Source of the DNA: Octopus sinensis
Lineage: Eukaryota
Length of the DNA stretch: 64,000 nt
Reading direction: 5' to 3'
Assembly: GCF_006345805.1 (NCBI RefSeq)
Contig: NC_043013.1
Location: forward strand, 44,578,001 to 44,642,000
Part shown: positions 13,142 to 23,895 of the stretch, one piece after another
Numbering within the stretch: position 1 is the stretch's first letter
Layout: each line of letters begins with the position of its first letter
Translations under genes and position numbers: made by a program
The notes under the pieces: model-generated
What the model saw: the letters and a program-made list of their open reading frames with translations, nothing else
The model's database searches: none
What the model was told of the DNA's origin: nothing

Positions 13142-13383
13142 ATTTCTTTATTAACCATGAGGTTGAGAAAAAGAGGGGACGATACGAGGATAGACAAAAC
13201 AAACGTTGGGGTCAGGGTATTGAATGAGACAAAACGTATGAATAAACAAACAATTAAAATATATACAATTAATTGAGAATGAGTGATTTACAAAACATGA
13301 AGTGGAGGACGCGGTCGACCCCGCAAGCCACATACACTGAAGACTTTGCTTTCTCCTTTTTATATTCTTGTTTAAACAGATTC
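13142..13383 (-). mobile_element. 3' end of a non-LTR retrotransposon (L1/Tx1-like) with 14-bp TSD
   Basis: TSD TGTATTGCCAGTCA at 13128-13141 and 13384-13397; AATAAA near the minus-strand 3' end. Confidence 0.7.
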
Positions 13384-13397
13384 TGTATTGCCAGTCA

Positions 13398-13850
13398 TTT
13401 CAATCCTCTGCCATCTCTTCTGTGAAGCTCAACATCCTGTGGTCAATCTTCACTATTTCATTCCATGTCTTCCTGGGGTCCCCTTCTTCCACAGCTCTTA
13501 TCGACATTTAGTGGTCGACACTTCTTTGTGCAGCTATCCTCATCCATATGCATCACATGACCATACCAGTGCAGGCTCCCCTCTTTTTCTACATCTAATA
13601 TCTCTTATGCCCAGTTCTTTCTTAAAATATTTACACCCCGTCCCACATTGCACATTCAGCGGAGCATGCTGGTTTCATTTCTTCCAAGCCTTTGCACTTT
13701 GTCATGTATGCATACTGACACACGTCCAGTAGAGCATGCTAGCTTCATTTTCCTTTTTAGTCTTTGCATCTCCTCTACATTCACAAGCCATGTTTCACTA
13801 CCATGTAGCATCATTGTTTGTACACGAGCATCATACAGTCTGCTTTTCTC
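13398..13850 (-). mobile_element. Decayed RTE-clade LINE 3' fragment
   Basis: Minus strand encodes WYGHVMHMDED and a frameshifted GRPRKTW-like motif. Confidence 0.7.
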
Positions 13851-14433
13851 TCTGCGAGAAAATCCTTTTGCTACTGACAGAGGTAATAACTCTGAACAAG
13901 TCTACCAGATAGATGGAAGAGCATTGTAGAAAATGAAGGAGAGTATATTTTAGATTAAAAAAGAACTTTGTTTATCTTAATTTTGAAAAATAAAAGAAGT
14001 AAAAAAAAATTGCGTTATTTATGGGATGACCCAATGCATATCTGCAATATTAACTCTTTTAACAATAAAGTTATCAAATGTAATGCTTAGATATTCACAT
14101 TGTTTTGAATTGATCATGCAGTCTTGTAGCTTTGGATGTAATTGGTTTATTTTTAGAATGACATTGTAGGGTAGGTGTGAGAGGTCAGATCCATCATAAA
14201 GCATGTGGTATGACCAGTTCAAATGCTAAAAGGGTCAACATAATGAATTGAAAGAGGAAGCCTCTTTATTGTGATGGCCTGCTTGAAATAGCAGCCAAAT
14301 TTTCCTCACGGACATCATCATCCTAGATGCATTAAATATAAATAAAAGACGGATATTCATGGCTGGTATGTCTTTGAGCATTGGTCTCCTCAATCAGGGC
14401 TGACCTGGGGCTAAACAACAGTTTAATAAAATT

Positions 14434-15092
14434 CTGGTGGATTCTTCCTTCTCACCTTCGGCCCAGTGTGTCCATGCTGCCAACAAAGCACGCGGAGTTC
14501 TGTTTTTGATTCAATGGTCATTCGGAATGCTCACAGCAGCCATATTCCTACCGCTCTATGTCACGCTGGTGAGACCCATATTGGAGTACGGGATTCAAGC
14601 CTCTTCTCCTTATCTCCTCAAAGACATACATCATCTCGAAAGAGTCCAGAAGCTGGCTACCCGCATGGTTCTTGGTCTCAAGCATTTGTCTTACGAAGAA
14701 AGGCTGAAGACGCTCGACCTTTATTCTCTAGAAAAACGCCGCCGCCGTGGTGATCTCATTCTTGCTCACAACATGATAAGCGGAAAGTGTAACCTCTCGA
14801 AGGAGCTGTTCTTCACTCCTGCTCCAGAGCGTCGGCTGTGGGGTCACTCCGAAAAGCTCTATCTGCGACGATTTCATCTCAATCGAAGGAGAGGGGCTTT
14901 CTCCGTCCGGATTGCGGATCTGTGGAATAAGCTGCCGGACGAGATAGTGAAGATGCCGACGACTGCTCAGGTCAAAGTCTCTCTTGACCAGAAATGGTCT
15001 GAACTCTTTGCCTGAAACACCCTCCCTGTACATAACTCCATGTCCCCCAACATGGCTTTGCTTTTTGAGCCAAAAAATTAAGTTAACTTAAC
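14434..15092 (+). mobile_element. 5'-truncated copy of the CR1/L2-group LINE at 319-3613
   Basis: Near-identical to about 2940-3600; ORF 14437-15015; AAGTTAACTTAAC tail. Confidence 0.93.
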
Positions 15093-15175
15093 ATATATGT
15101 ATATGTATTTCTGTTGGTTTCAGAAATTTACTCAGTTCTTCAACTAACAAAACTCTTCTGTTCTGTGTATTTAAA

Positions 15176-15530
15176 AATAATAATAATAATGAAATTATTG
15201 TATACAGTGCTCAGGTGCACCACAAAATGTCAAAAGTGCATATAAAGCATATGCAGTAATGTACTAATGTCTGGAAAGCGAACAGTGTATGAGTCAGATA
15301 CATGCTTGCGTGTGTATGAAGGGGAGAAAATCAGGTGTAGTGTTGGCAAATCTCAGGAAGCATGGAAGTTTTGAAGGATGCAGTGCTCCGACAACTAACA
15401 AGTTTGTTCCATACTTCAGCAACTCTTAGCGTGAAAAAATGTTTTTTCTATATAAGTTATTAACCATTCCAGATGCGTGTACCCTTAACATAATTCTCAG
15501 GCAGAATCAATGTGGCCAGGTATCTAGGTT
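15176..15530 (-). mobile_element. CR1-like LINE family F, 3' end with (ATT)n tail
   Basis: Shares GGTGCACCTGAGCACTGTATACAA 3' end with copies at 19187, 20295 and 29570. Confidence 0.85.
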
Positions 15531-16313
15531 GGATCTTTAACTTTTTACATGCAAAATTAAGTTTCATTATTATTCCAGTAATGATATTAAATATCTACCA
15601 AAAGATATAATTGGTATTTTCTGCAAGTCACATTGCCTCATCTCAAAAAAATATAATTTCAAACATGACATTCCTCAACAAAAGACAGGTATTTAAAACT
15701 GCTTTCTGCAGTTGAGGGTAATGAAATTTTGAGTGGATATATCTGATTTCCACAATAAAAAGGTTAAGATAAATGCACATTCCATCCAACAAGCTTCTAC
15801 TATGTTTTCATAGACCTCAGTTCATTCACAAGGCATGGGTCAACTAAACTGTGGAATTGAATCCGAGATCTTGTGATTGCAAAGTAAATTTCTAAACCAT
15901 ATAGTTATCAAAAATACACTTTTTGGCATAGTTTGATAGAGGGAAAGGCAACAGTGAGTATCTAACATTTTGGACAGAGTCCTTTACCAGGGTAAGAAAG
16001 GTAGCAAACTGGTAGAATTGTTAGCATGTTGGACAAAACGCTTGGTGGCATTTCATCTGTTCTTACGTTTGAGTTCAAATTCTGTTGATGTCAACTTTGC
16101 ATTTCATCTTTTGGAGTTGATAAAATAAGTACCTGTTGAACACTGGGGTTGATGTAATCGACTTACACCCTCTGTGCCAAAATTGTTGGCCTTCAGCCAT
16201 AATTTGAAACCAATATATATATATCTATATATATATATATATATGTAGGTCCCGGGTTGAGTCGGGGTTAACCACAGTAAATAAGGTACTCAATACATAG
16301 CAGAGTAAATTAA

Positions 16314-16442
16314 TTTATTTTATAGAAGGAGCTTCTACAGGACTAGAACTGTTTTATTCAAATGAAATCATCAGGAGCTTCCTGATGATTTCATTTGAAT
16401 GAAACAGTTCTAGTCCTGTAGAAGCTCCTTCTATAAAATAAA
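16314..16442. repeat. Fold-back inverted repeat (63-bp arms, 3-nt loop, 1 mismatch), Penelope-like terminus
   Basis: 16314-16376 is the reverse complement of 16380-16442 except one T/G position. Confidence 0.93.
16373..16429 (+). ncRNA. Type I hammerhead ribozyme motif
   Basis: AGGAGCTTC-CTGATGA-tttcatttgaat-GAAA-CAG-ttctagtc-CTG-TA-GAAGCTCCT: 9-bp stem I, full core, GUA cleavage triplet; stem II is weak. Confidence 0.8.
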
Positions 16443-16851
16443 AAATATATATATATATACGAATAAGGATAAGATCGTTATTTAAAATAACGATCTTTTC
16501 AGGTGACCAGCATGGGAATAAAAACCTCAAAGGTAATAATTTTTAAAATTATAATTAAGGGTATCTGTGGTTTCAGAGTCAAGTTTTGGCTGCTATTTCC
16601 AGCGTGCTGGTATCTCTTAGATACCCTTGAGAAGTATACATGATACATGGTTATGTGACATGGACCTTGGTTGATTTCTGTTTGTAGAGGTTAATCATTT
16701 GAATAAAAATAATCTCATTAGTAACCTGTTTCATGCATTCACACATTCTAGCAACATGTAAAAGAAAAGAAATAAAAAAAGAAAAGAAAAGAAACTCAGG
16801 AATTTTACTAAAAATTAAAATGAAAAGAATTCTTTATTTCTACATAATAAT

Positions 16852-17120
16852 CTAATTGGTTTCTTTCTCTTTGTCTGTGTGTTTGTCTTTTTTATCGGGT
16901 TTCAACTTCTCGGTCTTTTTGGGACAGTGTTTAGTGCCGAATATCTCATCTTTCGATGGCACAATGCGAATGCAAGGTTGGAAAGGGCTCCAGACGTAGC
17001 TGAGTTCAGGGGTGTTCGTCATGCAAGGGTACGGCTGCTTGAAGCACTTGTAATAATCAGATGGGGCGTGGCATACAAATTCCATAAACTCCAACTTGCG
17101 TGGCAAATCTTCTTCTGGTC
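16852..17120 (-). CDS. GATAD1: GATAD1 terminal coding exon (PEEDLPRKLEFMEFVCHAPSDYYK...stop)
   Basis: ttgcag acceptor; matches human GPEEDLPRKMEYLEFVCHAPSEYFK; TAG at 16854-16852. Confidence 0.95.
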
Positions 17121-17310
17121 CTGCAATGGAACATGAAGAGAACATAAATTAACAAGAGTACCAGAAGACTTCAAAGACCAGAAGCAAACCAATTTACAAA
17201 AATTCAAAAACCAAAAGCAAACTAATCTATAAAATTGTTGGAGTTATCTCCCTTATTTGTTTTCATTCTTGCTAAATAAAAATGTTATATGCAACAGTAT
17301 CAGTAATAGA

Positions 17311-17592
17311 AGGCAGCGAGCTGGCAGAAACGTTAACACGCAGGGCGAAGTGCGTAGCGGTATTTCGTCTGCCGCTACGTTCCGAGTTCAAATTCCGCCG
17401 AGGTCGACTTTGCCTGTCATCCTTTCGGGGTTGATAAATTAAGTACCAGTTACACACTGGGGTTGATATAATCGACTTAATCCGTTTGTCTGTCCTAGTT
17501 TGTCCTCTCCGTGTTTAGCCCCTTGTGGGTAGTAAAGAAATAGGTATTTCGTCTCCCCTCTGTGTTTAGCCCCTTGTGGGTAGTAAAGAAAT
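17311..17592 (+). mobile_element. SINE family B with 16-bp TSD
   Basis: TSD CAGTATCAGTAATAGA at 17295-17310 and 17593-17608; body recurs at 21661 and 59010. Confidence 0.9.
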
Positions 17593-17852
17593 CAGTATCA
17601 GTAATAGATTAAAACAGCCTTCTAGATTTAATGAAAATAGATTGCAAAGAAGCAAATTTACTGTCAATTCAGTCCTCAATCTAAGCTGTTGCAAAGCCCT
17701 TAAGGGTCTAATTCCACAGTGAAACTAAATACTTATGGATACAGCTCCATATATCAGATAATTATTTGTTCATAAACCAGACTGTATAGTGAATAGGTGT
17801 GTGTATTGTAACTAGGTTAACAAATTCATGCTTTAAGTACATTATTTATATA

Positions 17853-18076
17853 ATTTACATTTGACGGATATTTGTCCTCATCTTGTTTGTTGTTAACACA
17901 ACGTTTCAGCTGATATACCCTCCAGCCTTCTTCAGGTGTCTTGGGGAAATTTCGAACCTGGGTTCTCATTCCTAAGGTATTTCCCCAGGACACCTGAAGA
18001 AGGTTGGAGGGTATATCAGCTGAAATGTTGCGTTAACAACAAATAAGATGAGGACAAATATCTGTCAAATGTAAAT
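17853..18076. mobile_element. Fold-back Penelope-like terminal fragment (98-bp inverted arms, 28-nt spacer)
   Basis: 17853-17950 versus 17979-18076 are inverted with 6 transition mismatches; each arm carries a hammerhead core. Confidence 0.8.
17895..17940 (-). ncRNA. Minimal type I hammerhead ribozyme motif, sense to GATAD1 intron 3
   Basis: GACAC-CTGAAGA-a-GGCTG-gagggtatat-CAGCT-GAA-ACGT-T-GTGTT: stems I and II pair, palindromic ACGT stem III, GUU triplet. Confidence 0.75.
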
Positions 18077-18184
18077 AATTCCTCATCCCTTAAATATAGA
18101 ACTCTTTCATGCTTTAAAGTTTCATAGTCATGCTGATACATGTAAGTTCATAAAAGGATACATAAATAAAAAGGAATTACTTAC

Positions 18185-18368
18185 CTAAGATATATGTGCT
18201 GGGATCAAAGCGATTTTTGGGGCTCGACTGTGTAGGAAGCAGCCAGGAAATAACTGCACTCTTTTCATTGTACTGATCTTGTAACAAACCTCGTAATTGT
18301 GCATAGTATACAGACTGTCCATCGTCATCAAGGAGGGAAACTATATCTCCGACCTGATAGTACAAACC
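18185..18368 (-). CDS. GATAD1: GATAD1 exon 3 (GLYYQVGDIVSL...YYAQLRG...FDPSTYIL)
   Basis: ccctag acceptor and gtaagt donor; 184 bp; matches human GVYYQIGDVVSV...YYAQIRGFIQDQYCEKSA. Confidence 0.95.
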
Positions 18369-18540
18369 CTAGGGAATTGAGAAATTGAAAAAAAATTAGA
18401 CATAAGAAATTACTGTCAAATAATACTTAGAGTTAGGTGAGTAGATAGAGCACTGGTCAGTTGGGCCGAAAAGCCACTCATACCTTGTCTGTGCAAATTA
18501 CCTGTGATTAGAAGCAGAGCAGAAAGGTTTCGTTCCTTTT

Positions 18541-18770
18541 AGCATTCATAGCCGCTGCCAGCCTCCCCTGGCACCTGTGCCGTTGGCACGTAAAAAGCAC
18601 CCACTACACTCACAGAGTGGTTGGCATTAGGAAGGGCATCCAGCTGTAGAAACACTGCCAGATTAGACAGGAGTCTGGTGCAGCCTCCTGGCTTCCCAGA
18701 CCACGATTGAACCGTCCAACCCATGCTAGCATGGAAAACGGACGTTAAACGATGATGATGATGATGATCA
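18541..18770 (+). mobile_element. SINE family E
   Basis: Shared core and (GAT)n tail. Confidence 0.8.
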
Positions 18771-19186
18771 GACAGGCACCCATTGGTTTTAAGAGACCAT
18801 GTATTTGTGCCTGGAGAATTTGAGTCAGCTGATGGCAGTGCAGCATCTGCTGTGGCTGTACAGGCCCACATGGGAATGGTAGACTCACATGTAGCGACTG
18901 CATTTGAAGCAACTCTCCACTGGTGCTACTGACTTTTCTTTTCTTCAAGCGTGCTTTCGTTGGTGGCAAGTTCCAGTTTTTCTTCCCCTCACTCCATTCC
19001 CTTGCATAGTATTTGTCTCCAGTGTTGGCAATTGTTTGCAACCTCCTCCCATCTCAAGGGATCCATCACAAGAGCTTGAGGATGACCCCATTTTCTTTCC
19101 AAGGACATCTTCAAGAGAGAAATGAATTCAATAGATCTGGACGTCCTGAAACGGAAGGAGGTTGCAACATGGAAAATGGATGTTAT

Positions 19187-19870
19187 ATAATAATAATGAA
19201 ATTATTGTATACAGTGTTCAGGTGCACCACAACTTGTCAAAAGTGCGTATAAAGCATATGCAGTAATGTACAAATGTCTGGAAAGCGAACAGTGTATGAG
19301 TCAGATATATGCTTGCGTGTGTATGGAGGGGAGAAAATCAGGTGTAGTGTTGGCGAATCTCAGGAAGCATGGAAGTTTTGAAGGATGCAGTGCTCCGACA
19401 ACTAACAACTGATGCCGGCAGTTTGTTCCATGCTTCAGAAACTCTTAGCGTAAAAAAATGTCTCCGAAAGTCATGGGAGCTGTGCTGTTTTCTGACTTTG
19501 TAAACATGTCCACGGGTGGAGTTTGAAAGGGTGCTCAGAGTTATTGTTAGTAAGATGGTTAATAATTTTATGGGTGTCTGCCAAGTCAGCTGCCAGACGT
19601 CAGAGTTTCAATGTATCCATGCCCAGGGAAGTAAGGCATTCAGAATATGGCAAATACCTGATGGAGGGTATTCTCTTGGTTGCACGTCGCTGAACGGTTT
19701 CCAGACGTTTAATATCCTGGGCAAGATAGGGGTTCCAGACCAGTGATGCAAATTCCAGGTGAGGTCGCACCATAGCTATATAAAGCCACAGATAGATAGC
19801 CGGAGAGTGGCTCACAAAGGACTTGGTGAGTGATGCCAAGACACCCTCAGCCTTCCTTGTTGATAATATG
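19187..19870 (-). mobile_element. CR1-like LINE family F, 5'-truncated
   Basis: Minus ORF KAEGVLASLTKSF...VRPHLEFAS.VWNPY..QRRATK; (ATT)n tail at about 19187-19197. Confidence 0.88.
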
Positions 19871-20294
19871 TGTGTGTTTGTCCCCCACCACCACTTGACA
19901 ATTGGTGTTGGTTCGTTTACATTCCTATAACTTAGAGGTTCAGCCAAAGACACTGCTAGAATAAGTAACGAGGCTGTATACCAGAATGGCTGCAGTCCAA
20001 AGACCAAAATGCATAAAACAATAAAAAAGTGAAAAAAAACAAAAAAAGACTGGTTCTATTGATCTGTGTTAATGTTGTACAGTCTGCTTAACATGTATCA
20101 TCTTCCCTAATGATGTGCTATGTTGAGGGAGAGGCCAGGTATTGGAGACATCAGACGATTTATGCAGGAGGAGAGAGATGACTCTGTTGCTATACTCACA
20201 TCATCATGAAATTCATCCCAGACAGTCTATGAGGAATACTTTAAATATAACAAAGAATTTAGTAAAATAACTTAGTTATCATTCAGCTGGTGTT

Positions 20295-20482
20295 AGGAAC
20301 ATAAATTGAGATTTGCCAACACTACACCTGATTTTCTCTCCTCCATACACACGCAAGAATGTATCTGACTCATACATTGTTCACTTCCCAGACATTTGTG
20401 CATTACTGCATATGCTTTATATGCACTTTTGACAAGTTGTGGTGCACCTGAGCACTGTATACAAGAATTTCATTATTATTAT
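20295..20482 (+). mobile_element. CR1-like LINE family F, 3' UTR fragment
   Basis: Reverse complement of about 19190-19370. Confidence 0.85.
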
Positions 20483-21176
20483 ATAACATCCATTCTAAAA
20501 TCTACCAAATTTGAAAATAAAAACTGGCTTATACTCCTTATTTCATTAATGATTGAAATTCATCCAAGACAGTCTGTGAGGAATAGCCCATATATTCTAG
20601 TTCTGTGTCTCTGATTTTAGATAGATCCCATTCTAAAATCATCATTTAATGTCAGTTTTCTATGCTGGCATGAGTTGGATGGTTTGTCAGGAGTTGGCAA
20701 GGCTAGAAGCTGCACCAGGCTCCACTGTCCGTTTTGGTTTGGTTTCTACAACTGGATACTCTTCCTAATACCAGCCATTTTATAGTGTTTTGGATGCTTT
20801 TTACATGGCATCAGCACCAGTGCTTTTTATGGGGCACCAACACCAGTGTTTTTTAAGTGGCACTACCACAGGCGTTCAATTGCTGCAAGCTGACTGTGGA
20901 ATGCAAATGTGACAGAGGTAAAAACACATGGAGAGATTTGGTGAAGTGATATCTCAGGATGGTTGGACTTCTAGATGAGGTGTATATAATTCAGTAGAGG
21001 GCCAATGTATTTTATGGCAAACCTGTTAAACTCATACCAAGAAAGAGAAACAGAGGCAGAGGAGAAGGAGGCAATGGTGAAGGTGAGATCACTAGCTGCA
21101 GGTAATTAAAAAAGAAAGCATGTTAACCCTTTCAATACCAACCCGGCTGAAACTGGCTCTGGCTCTACATACAAAT

Positions 21177-21562
21177 CTACCCTAAAGTCCAACCCCTCCT
21201 CAAAGTGGTAGGGTGGTGTAAATGACCAGTGTCAGAGCTATGCTGTCAGGAACTTCAGGTGGATTGGTCTGGCACCGAGCGGCTTCGAGGTAGTTCTATC
21301 CCTGCGTCTGTGGAGACTCCGTGGCAAACAGTGTGTCCTGTCACTCGGGATATGCATGTGGGATGTCGGGGACCACTTGTAAATTCAATATTCCCACAAA
21401 ACTTCTATGAATCCTATGGAACCGTGAATGGCTCGCTATCTCCAATGACCTCGCACAGGACCGTTGAGCATGGACCACCATGGTTCGTGATGCTGTCAGG
21501 ACCAGAGAAGAAGCTGGTTCAACCCGCCCAGGGTGAACGCCGTCACAAGTAGAAGTAAGTAG
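21177..21562 (+). mobile_element. RTE-clade LINE 3' fragment with 11-bp TSD
   Basis: TSD TACATACAAAT at 21166-21176 and 21563-21573; ends ...CACAAGTAGAAGTAAGTAG. Confidence 0.7.
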
Positions 21563-21660
21563 TACATACAAATGTCTTGTTTTCATAAGTTTTGAATTTA
21601 AATCTTCCACCAAACCTTAGTCACAATTTATGTTCCTAACACTAGCTGAATGATAACTAA

Positions 21661-21864
21661 GGCAGTGAGCTGGCAGAATCGTTATTTTGTCTGCTGCTAC
21701 GTTCTGAGTTCAAATTCCGCCAAGGTTGACTTTGCCTTTCATCCTTTCGGGGTTGATTAAATAAGTACCAGTTATGCACTGGGGTCGATATAATCGACTT
21801 AATCCGTTTGTCTGTCCTTGTTTGTCCCCTCTGTGTTTAGCCCCTTGTGGGTGGTAAAGAAATA
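21661..21864 (+). mobile_element. SINE family B with 9-bp TSD
   Basis: TSD GATAACTAA at 21652-21660 and 21865-21873. Confidence 0.88.
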
Positions 21865-22658
21865 GATAACTAAGTGATTTTACTAAATTTTTTGTTATGA
21901 TTAAAGTAACTGAAAGAAACCCAGAGCATCTCAAAATAAATACAGTAACGAAAGGGTTAAACATACTAACATCATATAGAGATAGAAAGAGGATCTTTCA
22001 ACTTTCACTTGTTTCAGTCATTGGACCACAGCCATGCTGGGGCACAGCATTGAAGGGTTTTAGTCAAACAAATTAACTTTGATACTTATGTATATTTTTA
22101 AGTCTGGTACTTATTCTACTGGTCTCTTTTGCTGAACTGTTGAGTTACAGGGATGTAAACAAACCAACACCACTTATCAAGCAGCATGGAAGTGACAAAC
22201 AGACACAAAGACATATTTAAAAAAACAAATTCTATTATAAACAGTTCTGCCATGTTAGCATGGGTGTGAAAGGTTTGCAAATTTGAACAATTGCCGGTGG
22301 CACATAAAATGCACCATCCAATTGTGGCCGTTGCCAGCCTCGTCTGGCCCCATGCCGGTGGCACATAAAAAGTATATCTAGATATACTTTTCAACCAATG
22401 TTACCTCCAAGAACACATTCGGCGTCTCCATTTTCTATATATTGAGGATAAGTTTGTCCAAAGCAAGCCAATGAATGACCTGGAAAAGTCTGGGCCACAA
22501 CCTTTTCACCTCAAACTAAATTATGTGTGTGTGTTTGTGTGTGTAGTTTTCTGTGTGGCTGGGTCTTGTCTAATGTAGGCAGCTTTTCATATTCAATCGT
22601 GTTGAATCCTGGAATCTTTTTGGACTGGCTTTTAAAAGTAATGAAAGGTTCAACTTAC

Positions 22659-22721
22659 ATTGTAGAAAACACTGTCCCCTGACACAATGGTGGATACAGC
22701 TGTTGGTGCTTTGATTGGATG
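22659..22721 (-). CDS. GATAD1: GATAD1 exon 2 (HPIKAPTAVSTIVSGDSVFYN)
   Basis: cttccag acceptor and gtaagt donor; 63 bp; matches human PIKAPESVSTIITAESIFYK; not in the ORF track. Confidence 0.92.
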
Positions 22722-23589
22722 CTGGAAGATTACAGAAGATCAAAGACATTAGTCAATTCAAAACGTAAATATATATATATACACTACATAACACAAATAT
22801 ACATAGACCGTACATTATAGATCCATACACACACACACCACGCATGTATCAGGCGAACATAGACATCACATTATACAGACATATACGGTGTCATATCACT
22901 GGTAAAATAACGGGAAAGCTGCTTCGTGGCTCTCTTTCAAATACCATTCTATCGTCTTAAAAAAAAGGGGGACATATTAGATGGTGTGATCCTAGATACA
23001 CTGTGTGTTGGAAAACAAACATGATAAAATGGCTACGTTTAGAATGTCTTTCGATCGTGCGTCTGGTTGATCAGAGTTGAGGTGGAGCTAAACGATAGGA
23101 GCTTCGGGGCTGACTTACTTCTTCCTCAGACAATATGTAAACCTAAAACAACCAATACATAACATTTATAATACGCTTCAATCATTACACGAAAATGAAG
23201 AACAACCGGAAAGAGTCTGTCTCTTGCTCAAATAAACACTTCAGCTACCTGCAAAAGCCATCACCGTAAGCCAGCGGTGGCAATCTCTGAAATAGTTGGT
23301 CTCTTCGCTCTTTCTAGAAATAACATTTAAATCTATTTTAAATCATATGATAGTATTTAAAAGAAAAAAGGACACCGAATGATATAGTTCTAGAAAAGTG
23401 ATGTCACACAGAAGAAAAGGGTAGCATGATTACGACAACTTCTTGTATGCTTGATCAAGGCTAATCTCCCGGTGTTAAACATCAACCACAACACGAATAA
23501 AGATAGCACAGTGATCACAATCTACAATAACGACAATAACAACATCATTAGAAGCAATCATGCAAACCAAATGCAAAAACAAAACAGAC

Positions 23590-23895
23590 CGTTTTCTTAA
23601 AAATATTTCGTCGACTTTTGCCTTTGGTCCCGAGCGATTTCGATGTTGTCTGTATCCGATTTTTGGTCGGACGAATACGGGAACTTTTCCTAAGGACTGG
23701 TCCTGCAGATGAGGAATGAGAAGTAGAGTTTTTACTAGAATTGGCCGCGCTGCCGGCGGAACCGTCTGGGTTGTCTTTGTTGCAGGACTTGACACCACAA
23801 GAATTACAAAGGATTTCTCCTTGGCTTCCTTTGCGCCACATTGTCGAAGATGTCGACTTACAAGAAGTACACACAGGCTTCATCCCGAATGGCAT
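23590..23895 (-). CDS. GATAD1: GATAD1 exon 1 with GATA-type C-X2-C-X17-C-X2-C zinc finger
   Basis: MPFGMKPVCTSCKSTSSTMWRKGSQGEILCNSC matches human MPLGLKPTCSVCKTTSSSMWKKGAQGEILC; KGKSRRNIFKK motif; donor gtctgt is weak but in frame. Confidence 0.92.

Larger units (their letters stand above)
21127..21956. mobile_element. piggyBac-like MITE (TTAA target, CCCTTTC termini) carrying two nested retro-insertions
   Basis: TTAA-CCCTTTC...GAAAGGG-TTAA at 21123-21133 and 21950-21960. Confidence 0.7.

Noticed and set aside
16461-16510. GATCGTTATTT/AAATAACGATC hairpin preceded by CTGAAAA or TTGATAA (also about 60820-60855) as a hammerhead
   Set aside because: No GAAA box or stem III after the hairpin on either strand.
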